Shown piece after piece: positions 36,848 through 37,889 of a stretch of 37,889 bases of DNA. The position numbers and the translations under genes were made by a program. The stretch lies in the sequence record SRR2962707_524; one strand, 5' to 3'. The notes beneath the pieces were generated by a model. The model was not told the origin of the DNA and did not search any database. It saw only the letters and a program-made list of their open reading frames with translations. The first letter of the stretch is position 1; each line of letters begins with the position of its first letter.

Positions 36848-36932
36848 TTACGACAGCGGGATTTATGCCTAGTGTCCGGGCAAGATGGCGCCTTCTTGCG
36901 CCATCCCTTGTGTGCAAGACGGGGTTGAGAAA

Positions 36933-37889
36933 ATGAATTTCCTTATGATTCTACCGCTCGGTATCGGTGCACTCCTCGGACTTTATCTGTCCGCAGGGTC
37001 GGTCGATACGACGATTTATCTGCATGGGATATTGCTGACGGTGTTCTGTGTCGTCGGTATTTTCCGTGTCATTCAGGCCGGCGGCGACGCCGGCGGACCT
37101 GCCAATCCGAATTCGGCCGTGAATTACAATGATGCCGTCATTCGGGCCGGCGTCATCGCAACCACATTCTGGGGTGTGATCGGTTTCACGGTCGGCCTTG
37201 TGATTGCGCTGCAACTGGCCTTCCCGGTCCTGAACCTGGACCTTGAATGGACAAGCTTCGGTCGGCTCCGACCCCTGCACACGTCTGCGGTGATTTTCGC
37301 CTTCGGCGGGAACGCACTGCTGATGACGTCTTTCCATGTCGTCCAACGCACCTGTCAGGCGCGTCTGGCCGGCGGGTATGCCCCCTGGTTCGTGTTCTGG
37401 GGATATCAGCTCGTCATCGTCATGGCGGCGACCGGCTACGTCTTCGGCGTGACCCAGGGCAAGGAATACGCGGAACCCGAATGGTACGTCGATCTCTGGC
37501 TGACGATTGTCTGGGTCGTGTATCTGCTGGTGTTCCTGGGGACGCTCTGGAAGCGGAAAGAACCCCATATCTATGTCGCCAACTGGTTCTATCTGGCGTT
37601 CATCGTGACCATTGCGATGCTGCACATCGTCAACAACCTCGCCCTGCCGGTGAGCTGGTTCGGTGCCAAGTCCTATCCGATCTTCGCCGGGGTGCAGGAT
37701 GCGCTGACCCAGTGGTGGTACGGGCATAACGCCGTCGGCTTCTTCCTGACGGCAGGCTTTCTCGGCATCATGTATTACTATGTGCCAAAGCAGGCCAATC
37801 GTCCGGTATATTCCTACCGTCTGTCGATCGTGCACTTCTGGTCGCTGATCTTCCTGTATATCTGGGCCGGTCCGCACCACCTGCATTAC
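36933..37889 (+). CDS. ccoN: cbb3-type cytochrome c oxidase subunit I (partial, runs off the window end)
   Basis: Manual translation from ATG 36933 gives ..[55 protein letters not shown]. It is absent from the ORF track because there is no stop in the window. Confidence 0.97.
   Translation, partial: MNFLMILPLGIGALLGLYLSAGSVDTTIYLHGILLTVFCVVGIFRVIQAGGDAGGPANPNSAVNYNDAVIRAGVIATTFWGVIGFTVGLVIALQLAFPVLNLDLEWTSFGRLRPLHTSAVIFAFGGNALLMTSFHVVQRTCQARLAGGYAPWFVFWGYQLVIVMAATGYVFGVTQGKEYAEPEWYVDLWLTIVWVVYLLVFLGTLWKRKEPHIYVANWFYLAFIVTIAMLHIVNNLALPVSWFGAKSYPIFAGVQDALTQWWYGHNAVGFFLTAGFLGIMYYYVPKQANRPVYSYRLSIVHFWSLIFLYIWAGPHHLHY

Noticed and set aside
36951-37886. 311-aa minus-strand ORF
   Set aside because: Antisense shadow of ccoN, which is clearly the real gene on the plus strand.
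1-37889. CRISPR arrays, IS/transposases, integrases, rRNA, defence systems
   Set aside because: No spaced repeat arrays or corresponding protein motifs were seen by eye.

Overview
A high-GC, alphaproteobacterial-looking accessory region (lineage inferred from the tRNA and CcoN sequences) made of five modules. (1) 1-8059: the 3' half of a tRNA-Val-like sequence with a degenerate end, then a complete Fur-box-preceded heme uptake operon (hemP, TonB-dependent heme receptor, tonB, hmuS, exbB, exbD, hmuTUV). (2) 8098-17511: a partly decayed catabolic cluster with aldehyde dehydrogenase, CaiC-like CoA ligase, PuuB-like FAD oxidase, amidohydrolase, flavin monooxygenase, LysR and a TfdA-like dioxygenase. 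It also holds two gene remnants missing from the ORF track: a class-III aminotransferase C-terminus and a PotC-like permease C-terminus. (3) 17585-29402: a 12-gene xanthomonadin/aryl-polyene-type type II PKS cluster with a flavin-dependent halogenase and an AMP-ligase/dehydratase fusion, but no starter-unit gene. (4) 29484-35104: a TRAP transporter, amidase, Rid protein and TetR module with two near-identical palindromic operators. (5) 35197-37889: an AT-rich orphan lipoprotein, a nitroreductase and an FNR-box-preceded ccoN that runs off the window end. All calls come from motif recognition by eye; no searches were run.
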